DNA of 64,000 bases from positions 1 through 64,000 of IMG/VR virus record IMGVR_UViG_3300008267_000018; one strand, 5' to 3'. The notes below the pieces were generated by a model. It was not told the DNA's origin. It made no database searches and saw only the letters and a program-made list of their open reading frames with translations. Of the stretch, positions 17,682-26,721 are shown piece by piece (position 1 is the first letter of the stretch; each line of letters begins with the position of its first letter). Origin of the DNA: a virus. The translations under genes were made by a program, and so were the position numbers.

Positions 17682-19001
17682 TCAGCGGCTTACTTCTTCC
17701 CAGTCCATGGATGCAAGTACATCAGAACCAGCTTGTGCACTACTGCATGCCAAAGTTAATTCAATAGCCGTACCAGTGAGACCATTGCGTTCCAGCTGGA
17801 AAGCAAACAATGCTTCTTTCAAGATATCAATAACGGTTGAGCCTTGGTTAGAACCCGTGGCAAAACCACTGGCCAGGATACGTCCTGTACCAATGGTGAA
17901 GTCCGTGCCAGTGATGTTGTATTCAACCGAAGAGTTTGCCCCAGTGTTATCCCAGGAACCAGCCGTGGTAGTGCCGCCAACAATTACTTTCCAGTTGTAG
18001 TTTGAGTTGTTGGTAATACCCATGATTGACAACGCAGTCAAGATGACAATTGCATCAAGACGCGTTGATTTAAGACGAATAGAGATAACTGGGTACTCAG
18101 TAGAGATAACTGTTAGATCACGCGGGGATGCAACTGGAGTTCCAATAGCAGACTGAGCACCACGCAATTCATAACCACCTTCCGACAATACGGTTGAACA
18201 AACCTGCTTTAATGTACTGCTGCTTGCCGTGGTATCTAAATTAGTAATTTCATAACGCAACGGCAAAGATGCCGTTGTTATATAGGTGGATGTAATTAAG
18301 TTGGCATGGTGGAATGAATGACAGTGAACAAACGCACCATTGATTATAAACCCTGCACGTACAGTGCCAAGGCCAAGCCATTCAATATCAAACCAAAGGA
18401 TTTGTGCTTTGCTGATATCAAGTGTAAAACCTGACTGACCAGTACCATCCAGCTTGTCAATGTTCCAATTGGCTTGAGCTACTCGCGTCTCATTAACACT
18501 TCCACTTACAGAACTACGTTCAACAAAGGTTGGCTCTGTAGTTCCACTGACTTCCAGGTACATACCATTAGCCGTACCATAGTAACCAACGCGTTGCCGT
18601 AGATTTCCCTTTGCAGTATTCATTACAAAGGTCGACATAACCAACAGGGATTTCCCTGGTTGATATGAGCAAACCTTGTTGGTTTCTCTAATGACTTCTG
18701 CGCCGGATGCTGTAGTTACGTTTAGATCAACAAGTCCTTGGTTTTCATTAAATGCATAGGTACCACCAGTACCTGTAGAAGTGGACCATAGACCATTGTC
18801 GTTATAACGATGACTTGAGTCAAATAAAGTTAGAGGCGCTGATACACGTGTGCGACCAAATGCATCACCCGCCATACCCCCTGGCTGCACATAAAAACTA
18901 GATCCACTTGCAGTGGTTACTTCTAATGGATGCCCACTGCAAGTTTGTACTTTTTCTACGTGATATAAATTATCATTTTGTGGATCCCTATAGAGTGGCA
19001 T
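17682..19001 (-). CDS. Putative virion structural protein (lectin-like beta domain)
   Basis: DAFGRTRVS..YQPGKS..IEWLGLG..LPLRYEI; Thr/Ser/Gly-rich. Confidence 0.6.
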   Translation of the reverse strand: MPLYRDPQNDNLYHVEKVQTCSGHPLEVTTASGSSFYVQPGGMAGDAFGRTRVSAPLTLFDSSHRYNDNGLWSTSTGTGGTYAFNENQGLVDLNVTTASGAEVIRETNKVCSYQPGKSLLVMSTFVMNTAKGNLRQRVGYYGTANGMYLEVSGTTEPTFVERSSVSGSVNETRVAQANWNIDKLDGTGQSGFTLDISKAQILWFDIEWLGLGTVRAGFIINGAFVHCHSFHHANLITSTYITTASLPLRYEITNLDTTASSSTLKQVCSTVLSEGGYELRGAQSAIGTPVASPRDLTVISTEYPVISIRLKSTRLDAIVILTALSIMGITNNSNYNWKVIVGGTTTAGSWDNTGANSSVEYNITGTDFTIGTGRILASGFATGSNQGSTVIDILKEALFAFQLERNGLTGTAIELTLACSSAQAGSDVLASMDWEEVSR

Positions 19002-19026
19002 TGACTTAATGCATATTTTTTTTATT

Positions 19027-19236
19027 TTACTTCCCAGTATTCCATGTATCTCTTAGGTGACCATAGTCTCTTGGCTCAGTAACAGGCACCTGCGTGTCAT
19101 TACAAACATCACAGGTTCCGTTGTGCCAAGTTGAACAGTGGTTAAGGGGACCCACGTACTCCTCTGCCTGGTACCAGTTACCATGTTGCACGCCACACCG
19201 ATAACAAACCCAGGCCGGGTATTTACTTCGTGCCAT
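19027..19236 (-). CDS. Small zinc-finger protein
   Basis: CYRCG..TWHNGTCDVC..TEPRDYG. Confidence 0.6.
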   Translation of the reverse strand: MARSKYPAWVCYRCGVQHGNWYQAEEYVGPLNHCSTWHNGTCDVCNDTQVPVTEPRDYGHLRDTWNTGK

Positions 19237-19594
19237 AGTTATTTCCTTGAACCAGTGAAGCAAATTCTTGAGCTTGATCATATTCTTTCTTAACAATACT
19301 TAGGTTATGGTTTGCAGCTGCAATCAGAGCTTCGTACAGATCTTTCCCTGATAATTCATTTGCAAACTCTGCAATAGTATCCAGGAAGTACTCTTCTGCT
19401 TTTTGTTTGTTTTTAACAATTTGCTCTTGGTCAAGTACATCTGACATTAAAGTTGCCACCTTGGTTGTGTTGTGAAGATTTTCCCGTGATTGCTTTGAAA
19501 TCAAAGGAGTATCCATCTCTGCAATAATACGATTTTGTTTGTACCATTCCTGCCATTTTTTGATGGCATCCATGGGTTCGTGTGGGTGATCCAT
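19223..19594 (-). CDS. Hypothetical protein
   Basis: 123-aa ORF in operon. Confidence 0.55.
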   Translation of the reverse strand: MDHPHEPMDAIKKWQEWYKQNRIIAEMDTPLISKQSRENLHNTTKVATLMSDVLDQEQIVKNKQKAEEYFLDTIAEFANELSGKDLYEALIAAANHNLSIVKKEYDQAQEFASLVQGNNYGTK

Positions 19595-19602
19595 AAGTAA
19601 AT

Positions 19603-19631
19603 AAAAAACGCCCCATGAGGATGGGACGTTT
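19603..19631 (-). terminator. Intrinsic terminator
   Basis: Minus strand aaacgtcccat-cctc-atggggcgtttttt. Confidence 0.6.
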
Positions 19632-19645
19632 CATCATAGGTACAA

Positions 19646-19942
19646 TTACGAAACTACTACTGTTTCTTCCGAACCATTTTGGGTTTCTTCTAGAAACTTT
19701 TCAATCGCCGCAATGCGTTCGAAGTACAAGTCTCGGCAGGTGGGGCCAGCCTCTGTCATGCAGAAGCGTTCCCATAGACCTGTATACACATGATCGGTTG
19801 GTTGATAAACCTGATAGATGTGCTCCAGGAAATCAGCCTTCTGCTGCTCCTTGGCAACATCCCAAGACTGAAGCTGTTCTTTCAGCCAAGGAGTATCAAA
19901 GGCACCAGTCGTATTTAATTTTTTAAGAAGCTCTTTATTCAT
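19646..19942 (-). CDS. Hypothetical protein
   Basis: MNKELL.. start overlapping the upstream stop. Confidence 0.55.
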   Translation of the reverse strand: MNKELLKKLNTTGAFDTPWLKEQLQSWDVAKEQQKADFLEHIYQVYQPTDHVYTGLWERFCMTEAGPTCRDLYFERIAAIEKFLEETQNGSEETVVVS

Positions 19943-20132
19943 TGGAATCAACTGCTGTGATGGAGGTAAAGACACCCTTGATGCTAGGGCTTGCTTCAAA
20001 CAAAAGGTCGTCTACTTCATCTTGTAATGCAATTGCAATATCTTGCGGGGTTCGACCAGTGAAGCTGTCATATTCAACTTCAATGTCAACCGCAAAGGAT
20101 ACGGTTAGCTTAGGCACAGCAGTGAGAACCAT
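19935..20132 (-). CDS. Hypothetical protein
   Basis: 65-aa ORF in operon. Confidence 0.55.
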   Translation of the reverse strand: MVLTAVPKLTVSFAVDIEVEYDSFTGRTPQDIAIALQDEVDDLLFEASPSIKGVFTSITAVDSNE

Positions 20133-20157
20133 TTCTGGAATGGAGGACCCAACTACT

Positions 20158-20415
20158 TTACAGTAATCTTTCTAAAGAGTGCACTTGATTACGTTGATAG
20201 TAACCAAGACGTTCCTGAATAATTTGTGTGTAATTGATAGCGGCATCTACCATCTCAGTAGGATCCATAGATGCAGCTAAGTTTTCATTTGCTAACATTG
20301 CAGCCGTTAGTACGGTAACCTGCCACTCTAGCTTGGTCCCAATCAATGCAGGAATAGGTGTCCCATCCTGAGTAAAACCTGCCAGCAATTCAACTAGCTT
20401 GTTTGCATCAGTCAT
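20158..20415 (-). CDS. Hypothetical protein
   Basis: 85-aa ORF. Confidence 0.55.
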   Translation of the reverse strand: MTDANKLVELLAGFTQDGTPIPALIGTKLEWQVTVLTAAMLANENLAASMDPTEMVDAAINYTQIIQERLGYYQRNQVHSLERLL

Positions 20416-20451
20416 GGAACACCCGTAGTAGTTATCTAATTGTATGGCAGT

Positions 20452-20745
20452 TTATTTTTCTGCCTTGACCATGTGGTACCAATAGGCACGGGCAGCATTC
20501 TGATGGAAGCGCTTACCAAACAAAAGCTTAAGGCGCTTCTGCTCTAGCTCATCAACTTCCGTCATGTTGTACGGAAGAACTTCTTCGCCATCATTAAGGC
20601 TAGAAATTTCAAGCGTGTTGATTTCCAGCTGCAGATTAAAGTCATCTACTGCGTGGTTGTGACAACTCATCTTGATGTGAGCATCTTCCAAATCAGAAGG
20701 AGCTTCAATCTTTTGGTAGAAGGTCTCCGGGATATTCGGATGCAT
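20452..20745 (-). CDS. Hypothetical protein
   Basis: Likely start MHPNIPET, overlapping the upstream gene by 41 nt. Confidence 0.5.
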   Translation of the reverse strand: MHPNIPETFYQKIEAPSDLEDAHIKMSCHNHAVDDFNLQLEINTLEISSLNDGEEVLPYNMTEVDELEQKRLKLLFGKRFHQNAARAYWYHMVKAEK

Positions 20746-21406
20746 CCAGCTCCACCCTTGGCTCGGAGTAGATGCGGCTTGTGCGTACCGCGTATTCTTG
20801 AGTGACTTTGACTCCGCTTGGGAGGGACTGACCGGCTTCGTACGCATTGCGGATGGCATCGAGATTTGGGAGTACTTCGTGTTTAGTTTTGGGTTCAGTC
20901 CTTTCAGCAAGGACTTCCCCTGTCATTGAACGTACCACAACATGCTTGGTCGTGGTGGTTTCTTGCTCAATGCAATACAGCTGTCGTTCTTCTGAGTTCC
21001 AAAACTCTGGATCGGACGTGATCTCAACGGTGAGATCCCTCTTCTTGGTTAGCGTAAACTGATAGTTCCTGCCCTGAATCTTATTAGATTCTTGTGGCAG
21101 GGAACGCCTGAGCCAACTGATCAAACCCTTGAGGGATCGCAGTTGGGATTCATGATGACGTTTGGCCTGGGCAATGAGTTCCCCTTCTTTCTTGATGCGC
21201 TCAAGAGCATCCTCATGGGCCGCCATAGCGTAATAGATACGGTCGACCTTCTCTGAACGGAGAGAGGCACAGGCCTCCAGCTCAGCTTGCGCCAGTTCCT
21301 GGGACTCAGGAGTGAGGAGAGGAAGACTACGTTCCAGGGCACCATAGTGCTCGTAGAGTTTGAGAATGTTTAGATCCTTGAGTTTAACCTGTGTGATTTG
21401 AGTCAT
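20705..21406 (-). CDS. Siphovirus Gp157-like protein
   Basis: Coiled coil EKVDRI..E.ELIAQAKR..LKGLI; C-terminal IRNAYEAG..PSGV. Confidence 0.65.
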   Translation of the reverse strand: MTQITQVKLKDLNILKLYEHYGALERSLPLLTPESQELAQAELEACASLRSEKVDRIYYAMAAHEDALERIKKEGELIAQAKRHHESQLRSLKGLISWLRRSLPQESNKIQGRNYQFTLTKKRDLTVEITSDPEFWNSEERQLYCIEQETTTTKHVVVRSMTGEVLAERTEPKTKHEVLPNLDAIRNAYEAGQSLPSGVKVTQEYAVRTSRIYSEPRVELDASEYPGDLLPKD

Positions 21407-21610
21407 GGCTGTTCAATTGAATCAGAGTTGACTGTTTAGTTTTTGCATGCGTTTTGTATAACGCTTTGCTTCACGTTCACGCATGCGTCTGTATTCTCGT
21501 GTTGACATTTGAACTGGCTTGTAATTTCCAGCATCACCACCAATAGCTTTTGTTTGTTGTTCTAAAAAACGATCAAGGCTAACCCGAGGATCAAGATCAA
21601 AGGACATTGC

Positions 21611-21724
21611 TTAATTAAAACAAGATTGAACTTTATTTAGTGCATAGGCCAGCAATGCTGCGGCTGCTGTCCAAAGAATATCTTTCATTACCGGAAGTAC
21701 GGCAGCAAACAAGGATTCAAACAT
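21611..21724 (-). CDS. 37-aa hydrophobic peptide
   Basis: MFESLFAAVLPVMKDILWTAAAALLAYALNKVQSCFN; preceded by a pseudoknot leader. Confidence 0.5.
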   Translation of the reverse strand: MFESLFAAVLPVMKDILWTAAAALLAYALNKVQSCFN

Positions 21725-21743
21725 GAGTTGAGTGTATGGTTGG

Positions 21744-21771
21744 CGGTCAGTTTTACGTCATGACCAGGACG
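21744..21771 (-). promoter_or_regulatory. 5'-UTR pseudoknot, copy 1
   Basis: CGUC-CUGGUCAU-GACG-UAAAAC-UGACCG. Confidence 0.8.
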
Positions 21772-21776
21772 TTAGA

Positions 21777-22112
21777 TCACTCTGGTTTAGTCAGCAGTTC
21801 TTTGATAGCTTGGATTTCATCCATCAAGTCCTGGCGACTATATAACGTGAGTGAATCATAGGAACGCTCCACGATTTTTTCAGGGGCTTCAGTCTTCTGG
21901 ATAATGCGAGCCTCATCATTGACATCGTACGTAACAGTCTCGTACATTCTCCAGATCACATCATGGGGCCAACCATTGAGGTCTACGTTTTCCTCAAGTG
22001 ATGCACGAATGAGTGCATGCATTGTCTTGAAAAGAAACGTAGCCTTATCCTCAAAGATCTCAAGGTAACGATCTTCGTCAAGGCCGTAAGTGTCAATCGA
22101 CATAGCAGTCAA
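21777..22112 (-). CDS. Hypothetical protein
   Basis: 111-aa ORF in operon. Confidence 0.55.
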   Translation of the reverse strand: MTAMSIDTYGLDEDRYLEIFEDKATFLFKTMHALIRASLEENVDLNGWPHDVIWRMYETVTYDVNDEARIIQKTEAPEKIVERSYDSLTLYSRQDLMDEIQAIKELLTKPE

Positions 22113-22284
22113 GTGCGTTGGTTAATGCTTCAATGATAAAGGATTTTTGTCCTTTTTCACCAAGGTTTGTCCAGTATTCAAGATCTGGATCAGCATCATC
22201 CCACTCAATGCGGATGATGCAACCACCATCTTCTTCGTCAATCACAGTCACTTGCAACTTGTTTACCCAATTCGTGTTCAACAT
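22093..22284 (-). CDS. Hypothetical protein
   Basis: 63-aa ORF in operon. Confidence 0.45.
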   Translation of the reverse strand: MLNTNWVNKLQVTVIDEEDGGCIIRIEWDDADPDLEYWTNLGEKGQKSFIIEALTNALDCYVD

Positions 22285-22423
22285 GAGCTTTTAATACCTC
22301 TTCGACATAGTCTTCTTGGTGCATCCTAAGTTCTGCGCCAAGTTTTACAAGACCCCAGTGGGTATCTTGATCTAGTTCAAGATCGTAACGGATTGTTGTT
22401 TTGGTGTGTAAGTTGTGCTTCAT
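22238..22423 (-). CDS. Small protein, possibly ribbon-helix-helix
   Basis: IRYDLELDQDTHWGL..G...RM....YVEEVL pattern. Confidence 0.45.
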   Translation of the reverse strand: MKHNLHTKTTIRYDLELDQDTHWGLVKLGAELRMHQEDYVEEVLKAHVEHELGKQVASDCD

Positions 22424-23355
22424 TTCTTTTTGATTGCGGATTGCAGTTGTGACAATGCAGTACCAGGAAATGGTACATAGCCTGCCTCCATCATATTGAA
22501 AAACAAATCCCAGGCATGCCCTTGGTTGAATACCTCCGTTGGTTTGTACGTACGCCAGTGAGTCAATGGAGCCTGAGCACCAGACTTGGTATGCAGAAGT
22601 ACAAACTTACCATCACTGATGTGATCCTGAGGAGGTGCATACCACCATGCCACACACTTATCAGGTGTACCACTGGGCAATGCATTACGCACCTCAGTCC
22701 GCTTGCACAGCAGCTCACGGTATTTATGGAACCAAGTCAGGTGGATGCACCAGGGCTTGAATCCTTCGATCTCTTGTCGGAACAAATCCAAGTTGTTGAG
22801 CTGACGTTGAAAGGACCCGCATGAACAGAAAGGTTCAGGGACTTTGGACTCAGCTTGGTCCTCCACCAAGTCAGCGTCCATATCAATGGGCCGATTTGGA
22901 GCCCGCAACCCGTCCGGCGCAACCAAATGCCCCAGGTCCGTTTGGTCATTCTGGAGAAGAGCGATGACTTTATTGGGGTCAGATAAATGAATGAACTTGT
23001 CTGCCCAGTGTTGTTGGAGCTTGGCATTGGAAGTCAGGTGTCCGAGTGCGTGTGAGTAGTTCCAGCCCTTAAACATAACGTAAGCATTGTTATGCCATAC
23101 ACTAGGGCCACGGTAATTAGGACCAAGGTAAGAAAAGAAGTCTTTGAGTCGGTGAGTATACTGCTGGAACGCTGTCTTGATCAACGTCCGTTCATAAGCC
23201 TGCTCACTACCATCACAACGCACCACAACACAATTGTCATCTCGCAGATAAATGCCAGAGATTTCGGTGTCATCAAAGTCTGCATACGCACGACGAATGT
23301 TGGACCGTGAATAGATGAGGGCTTGAGCTGAGTTGAGTTCGGTTTGGAGTTGCAT
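22420..23355 (-). CDS. SWIM zinc-finger domain protein
   Basis: CSCGSF...WCIH (CxC-xn-CxH). Confidence 0.65.
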   Translation of the reverse strand: MQLQTELNSAQALIYSRSNIRRAYADFDDTEISGIYLRDDNCVVVRCDGSEQAYERTLIKTAFQQYTHRLKDFFSYLGPNYRGPSVWHNNAYVMFKGWNYSHALGHLTSNAKLQQHWADKFIHLSDPNKVIALLQNDQTDLGHLVAPDGLRAPNRPIDMDADLVEDQAESKVPEPFCSCGSFQRQLNNLDLFRQEIEGFKPWCIHLTWFHKYRELLCKRTEVRNALPSGTPDKCVAWWYAPPQDHISDGKFVLLHTKSGAQAPLTHWRTYKPTEVFNQGHAWDLFFNMMEAGYVPFPGTALSQLQSAIKKK

Positions 23356-23369
23356 GAGTCTGAGTTGAG

Positions 23370-23573
23370 TTAGATGAAGAGATCAGCGTCCTGGTCCCTG
23401 TCGTGAAGTGTATCACGATACTTGGTCCGCTTGTAGGCCAAGCGCGCCATCCGATACGTTCCGTAAAGAACGCCAGCCCAGCATACAGGACTACCAATGG
23501 CCAAGGCAACCACTCCTGCTATGGCAGCAGTTGCGGCACCATCTTTGATTGCAGCTTTTTCTTCAGGTTTCAT
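23370..23573 (-). CDS. Small membrane protein
   Basis: Hydrophobic Gly/Ala segment. Confidence 0.5.
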   Translation of the reverse strand: MKPEEKAAIKDGAATAAIAGVVALAIGSPVCWAGVLYGTYRMARLAYKRTKYRDTLHDRDQDADLFI

Positions 23574-23652
23574 TTGTGATTGTTAATACATTTTGAAGTT
23601 TTGATCTAGGGTTTACTATAGATGTAACCTATGGATGCCAACTGAATAAGCC

Positions 23653-23904
23653 ATGGAAGAAATCAAATACGTACCATTAACTAAATTTCAAATTGAACCA
23701 ACGCTTGATGATAAGTTTTGGCTAGAAAAAATCAAACGATCAATTGAAGATTGCAATTCAGTAAGTACCTTAAAAGAAATGGCGACCTTGCTTGCGCAGA
23801 TCGCCACTCAACGTCAAGGTGTGATTAGGGGATTAGTACAAGACATGTTTATTTTTAACGGCATTGCAATCAATCAAGATGACATTGCCAACCCTCCGAC
23901 TTAG
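23653..23904 (+). CDS. Hypothetical protein
   Basis: 83-aa ORF, the only plus-strand gene in this block. Confidence 0.55.
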   Translation: MEEIKYVPLTKFQIEPTLDDKFWLEKIKRSIEDCNSVSTLKEMATLLAQIATQRQGVIRGLVQDMFIFNGIAINQDDIANPPT

Positions 23905-24319
23905 CTTCTGCAATTAAACGAAAAACGGTTCTTTTGTTGTAACCAACATGTTTTGCAATCACATGGACAGCAGTACCTTCTTGTTTCATTTTTAAAATTG
24001 TTTTTCTTGTTTCAAAAGTACATTTTTTTGGATGGGTTCCATGGCGCTTTTTATTGTTCATATCATTTAAATTATCTAATTGTGTTCCAAGTTTTAAATG
24101 AAGTGGATTGCAACACAATCGTACATCGCATACATGCATAACAACTTTCCCTTTAGGAATAGGACCATAAAAATGCGAGTAAGTCCACCTATGGGCTAGT
24201 CTACTCACAGGGTTTGTAGGCATTTGGCCATAGCCTGCACCCATAGTAGAGCCAAGAAAAGGCCAGCATGAAGCTGGCCCGCCCTCAGAATCAATGAGAC
24301 TGAGAAAATAATAACTCAC
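23870..24319 (-). CDS. HNH homing endonuclease with C-terminal HTH
   Basis: CWPF..AHRWTY..VMHVCDVRLCCNPLHL..GT..DN. Confidence 0.85.
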   Translation of the reverse strand: MSYYFLSLIDSEGGPASCWPFLGSTMGAGYGQMPTNPVSRLAHRWTYSHFYGPIPKGKVVMHVCDVRLCCNPLHLKLGTQLDNLNDMNNKKRHGTHPKKCTFETRKTILKMKQEGTAVHVIAKHVGYNKRTVFRLIAEAKSEGWQCHLD

Positions 24320-25332
24320 AAGCTATTGTCCTCCCCAGTTAAAAGGTCACGAGAAGGTAATGCCTTGACTTCTACTTCATTCAATGTACGAGACACTGGA
24401 AGAACCTGCACGCCTTCTTTCATTCCATATGCTCCATTAAGTTTTTGAGCATCTTGTTTAGCATGGATGTTAATGTAATCACTGAACAGTTCCTGGAACT
24501 TCCAAGTAGATTCACGATCTTCATCAGGAATCGACATGCGATTCAAAGATTCGACCGCCTCTTCTTGGTTGCTGTAACCAGGAATGTCAAAAGATTCAAT
24601 TGCACAGATCTCAACGTTGTTGGCTCCGCGCATCTCATTGGCAAGTACTGGAGCAAATACGGTAGTTGCATAGAACTTTTCATTAAAGCTCAGCGGTACT
24701 TCAGCATCCAGTGCTTTGCTCAAGCACTTGGACATTTCCTTTTCGTACAGCTTGACCTTGTCGCTAACGTCAGTACCATTCAATCCCTTTAGTGTAAGCA
24801 CCATCGGAATCTTGTGGGCACGCTTGTTGTCCTGCGTAAGGATATACACCAGGTACTTTGTACGTACACTGTACTTACGCTTGTACATCTCACCTTTGCT
24901 GTTGGCAAGATCAGATGCAATCTTGTCAGCCTCAAACAATTCCTTGGTACTGGGATCATCAAACGTACCAATCGTCTGCCTCATCCCCGTGGTTTCCTCA
25001 ACCATGAGGGGAGAACGTAGAAGGATTTGAATACGAGGCTCAACAAAATTGAGTCCTTCTTCCACTGAAGTGTTGGGAGCCATGCCGAAAGTTTGCTTGT
25101 AGTTCCAGATAACTGAACCTTTAGCAAACTGATCTTCAGTGGCACTCCATCCGCAAGTGTCCAGATCTGAGTTCCGCACGAACCAACCTCTAGTCTTGGA
25201 CTTGTTGAGGGGCTGGATAGTAACGAGGTTCTGGTACCCCGAAACAAATTCTTTGGATTGAAAAAGTTTGAAAGAATCGAGGCCACGTGTAGCAAGCGCA
25301 GAAGTTTTCTTCGTAGTCATGGAAGCAGTCAT
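24316..25332 (-). CDS. Hypothetical protein, possibly ssDNA-binding or annealing (DUF5895-like by recall)
   Basis: 338 aa; PRIQILLRSPL..NKRAHKIPMVLTLKG; next to SSB. Confidence 0.5.
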   Translation of the reverse strand: MTASMTTKKTSALATRGLDSFKLFQSKEFVSGYQNLVTIQPLNKSKTRGWFVRNSDLDTCGWSATEDQFAKGSVIWNYKQTFGMAPNTSVEEGLNFVEPRIQILLRSPLMVEETTGMRQTIGTFDDPSTKELFEADKIASDLANSKGEMYKRKYSVRTKYLVYILTQDNKRAHKIPMVLTLKGLNGTDVSDKVKLYEKEMSKCLSKALDAEVPLSFNEKFYATTVFAPVLANEMRGANNVEICAIESFDIPGYSNQEEAVESLNRMSIPDEDRESTWKFQELFSDYINIHAKQDAQKLNGAYGMKEGVQVLPVSRTLNEVEVKALPSRDLLTGEDNSL

Positions 25333-25353
25333 GATGTGTTCAGGGTTTGGGCG

Positions 25354-25381
25354 TGGACGCTTTTAACGCCATCCCGAGGCG
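25354..25381 (-). promoter_or_regulatory. 5'-UTR pseudoknot, copy 2
   Basis: CGCC-UCGGGAU-GGCG-UUAAAA-GCGUCCA. Confidence 0.65.
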
Positions 25382-25612
25382 GTGATCTATGCTAGATCCT
25401 TGCAGGCATCTGCGTCATAAAGAGCGCGTGCTTTTGACAAAGCTTCACGTTCATCAATGGTTTCCTGGAACGCAGAGTAGATACTGTCTTCGTGGTAACC
25501 ACAACCCTTCATAAACATTACGAAGTGCTCAAGGATCTCATCAGTAGTAACACCATCGCTTTGGAATACGATGGTGTAATCTTCTTCTTCCAAAGTAAAC
25601 TTCATCCGTTGA

Positions 25613-25837
25613 TCAGCTTTTGACATTGGTTTTCTCATTGTTAGATTCAAGCTGAAGCTTGCGTGCTTCAGTAAAAATTTCTGCAATTAAATAAGAAGAC
25701 CTGGCGAGTGTTGCAACTGTTTGCGCAAACTCTTCTCCGCTTTGTTCTTTGTCTTGGAAAAAAGTGTTTATGTTTTCCATGAAAAACTCATAAGCCATTG
25801 CATCAAGAAGGCTTAGGTTGGTAATTTCAAGTGACAT
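25613..25837 (-). CDS. Hypothetical protein (a second small ORF follows, ending at 25387)
   Basis: ORFs packed in operon. Confidence 0.5.
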   Translation of the reverse strand: MSLEITNLSLLDAMAYEFFMENINTFFQDKEQSGEEFAQTVATLARSSYLIAEIFTEARKLQLESNNEKTNVKS

Positions 25838-25842
25838 GGTAA

Positions 25843-26658
25843 TCAGAAAGGAACTTCTTCGAGGTTGGGAGCAGAACCGTATTGACCAGGGAGTTCAGGT
25901 AGGCCACCTCCCGATGCTTGGTTCCAAGGATCAGTTGATTCTTCTAATGTGCGACCACCCCAAAGAGTAGACACATTCTCCGGCGTGCTTACCGTAGTCT
26001 GTGATTTGATTTCCCTTGGCTGATCATTCACATTTCCTTTGGGTGCAAGGGTCATGTTTACCAATTGAATCTTGGTTTGAACACGCTTTTCATTTGTGGT
26101 TTGATCGGTCCACGCATCAGTAACAAGCCGACCTTTAATGGTAAGACCCACGCCTTTACGCGTAAAGTTCACCAACAGTTCTGCGTTGTTCAACTTATCT
26201 TCATGCGAGTTGATCGCATAAAAGTTAAAGAGATCAGCTTGGTTACGACCAGTGCTAACCGACAACGTTTGGTTGCAGATCATCAAGCCAGTTGATGTGG
26301 TCTTGAATGCACGTGCATCTTCACGGTCAATGTCTTTAACACAGCGACCAGCAAGGATCACATCATTGATGATTGGAAACTCATCATTGACCTGGTGGAT
26401 AATTCCACCATGAAGTGAATGTGTTTTGGATTCAAGATCATAACGAATCTTGGCGCCATAAATAAACACCAAAGATTTTTCTTTCAGCCTGGAGAAACGC
26501 TCAGCAGTTTTGCCATAGACATTGAGTTGAATTGGAGTTGGTGCTTTGTTTCCTACGGGAGGAAGCAGTACCATGCAACGCATGGCAGTAGAGGATGCGC
26601 TGATGTAAACCTCGCGTGGAGTTTCATTCAGCTGAGCACAAACGCAGACGTGATTCAT
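25843..26658 (-). CDS. ssb: Single-stranded DNA-binding protein with tandem OB folds
   Basis: Two SSB-like repeats (INDVILAGR..KGVGLTIKGRLVTDAW); acidic EEVPF C-terminus. Confidence 0.8.
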   Translation of the reverse strand: MNHVCVCAQLNETPREVYISASSTAMRCMVLLPPVGNKAPTPIQLNVYGKTAERFSRLKEKSLVFIYGAKIRYDLESKTHSLHGGIIHQVNDEFPIINDVILAGRCVKDIDREDARAFKTTSTGLMICNQTLSVSTGRNQADLFNFYAINSHEDKLNNAELLVNFTRKGVGLTIKGRLVTDAWTDQTTNEKRVQTKIQLVNMTLAPKGNVNDQPREIKSQTTVSTPENVSTLWGGRTLEESTDPWNQASGGGLPELPGQYGSAPNLEEVPF

Positions 26659-26680
26659 TAACTTGAGAAGTTAGGTGTTA

Positions 26681-26707
26681 AGGCAGTTTAACGTCATACC
26701 TGGGACG
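26681..26707 (-). promoter_or_regulatory. 5'-UTR pseudoknot, copy 3
   Basis: CGUC-CCAGGUAU-GACG-UUAAAC-UGCCU. Confidence 0.75.
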
Positions 26708-26721
26708 AATCAAACAAATAC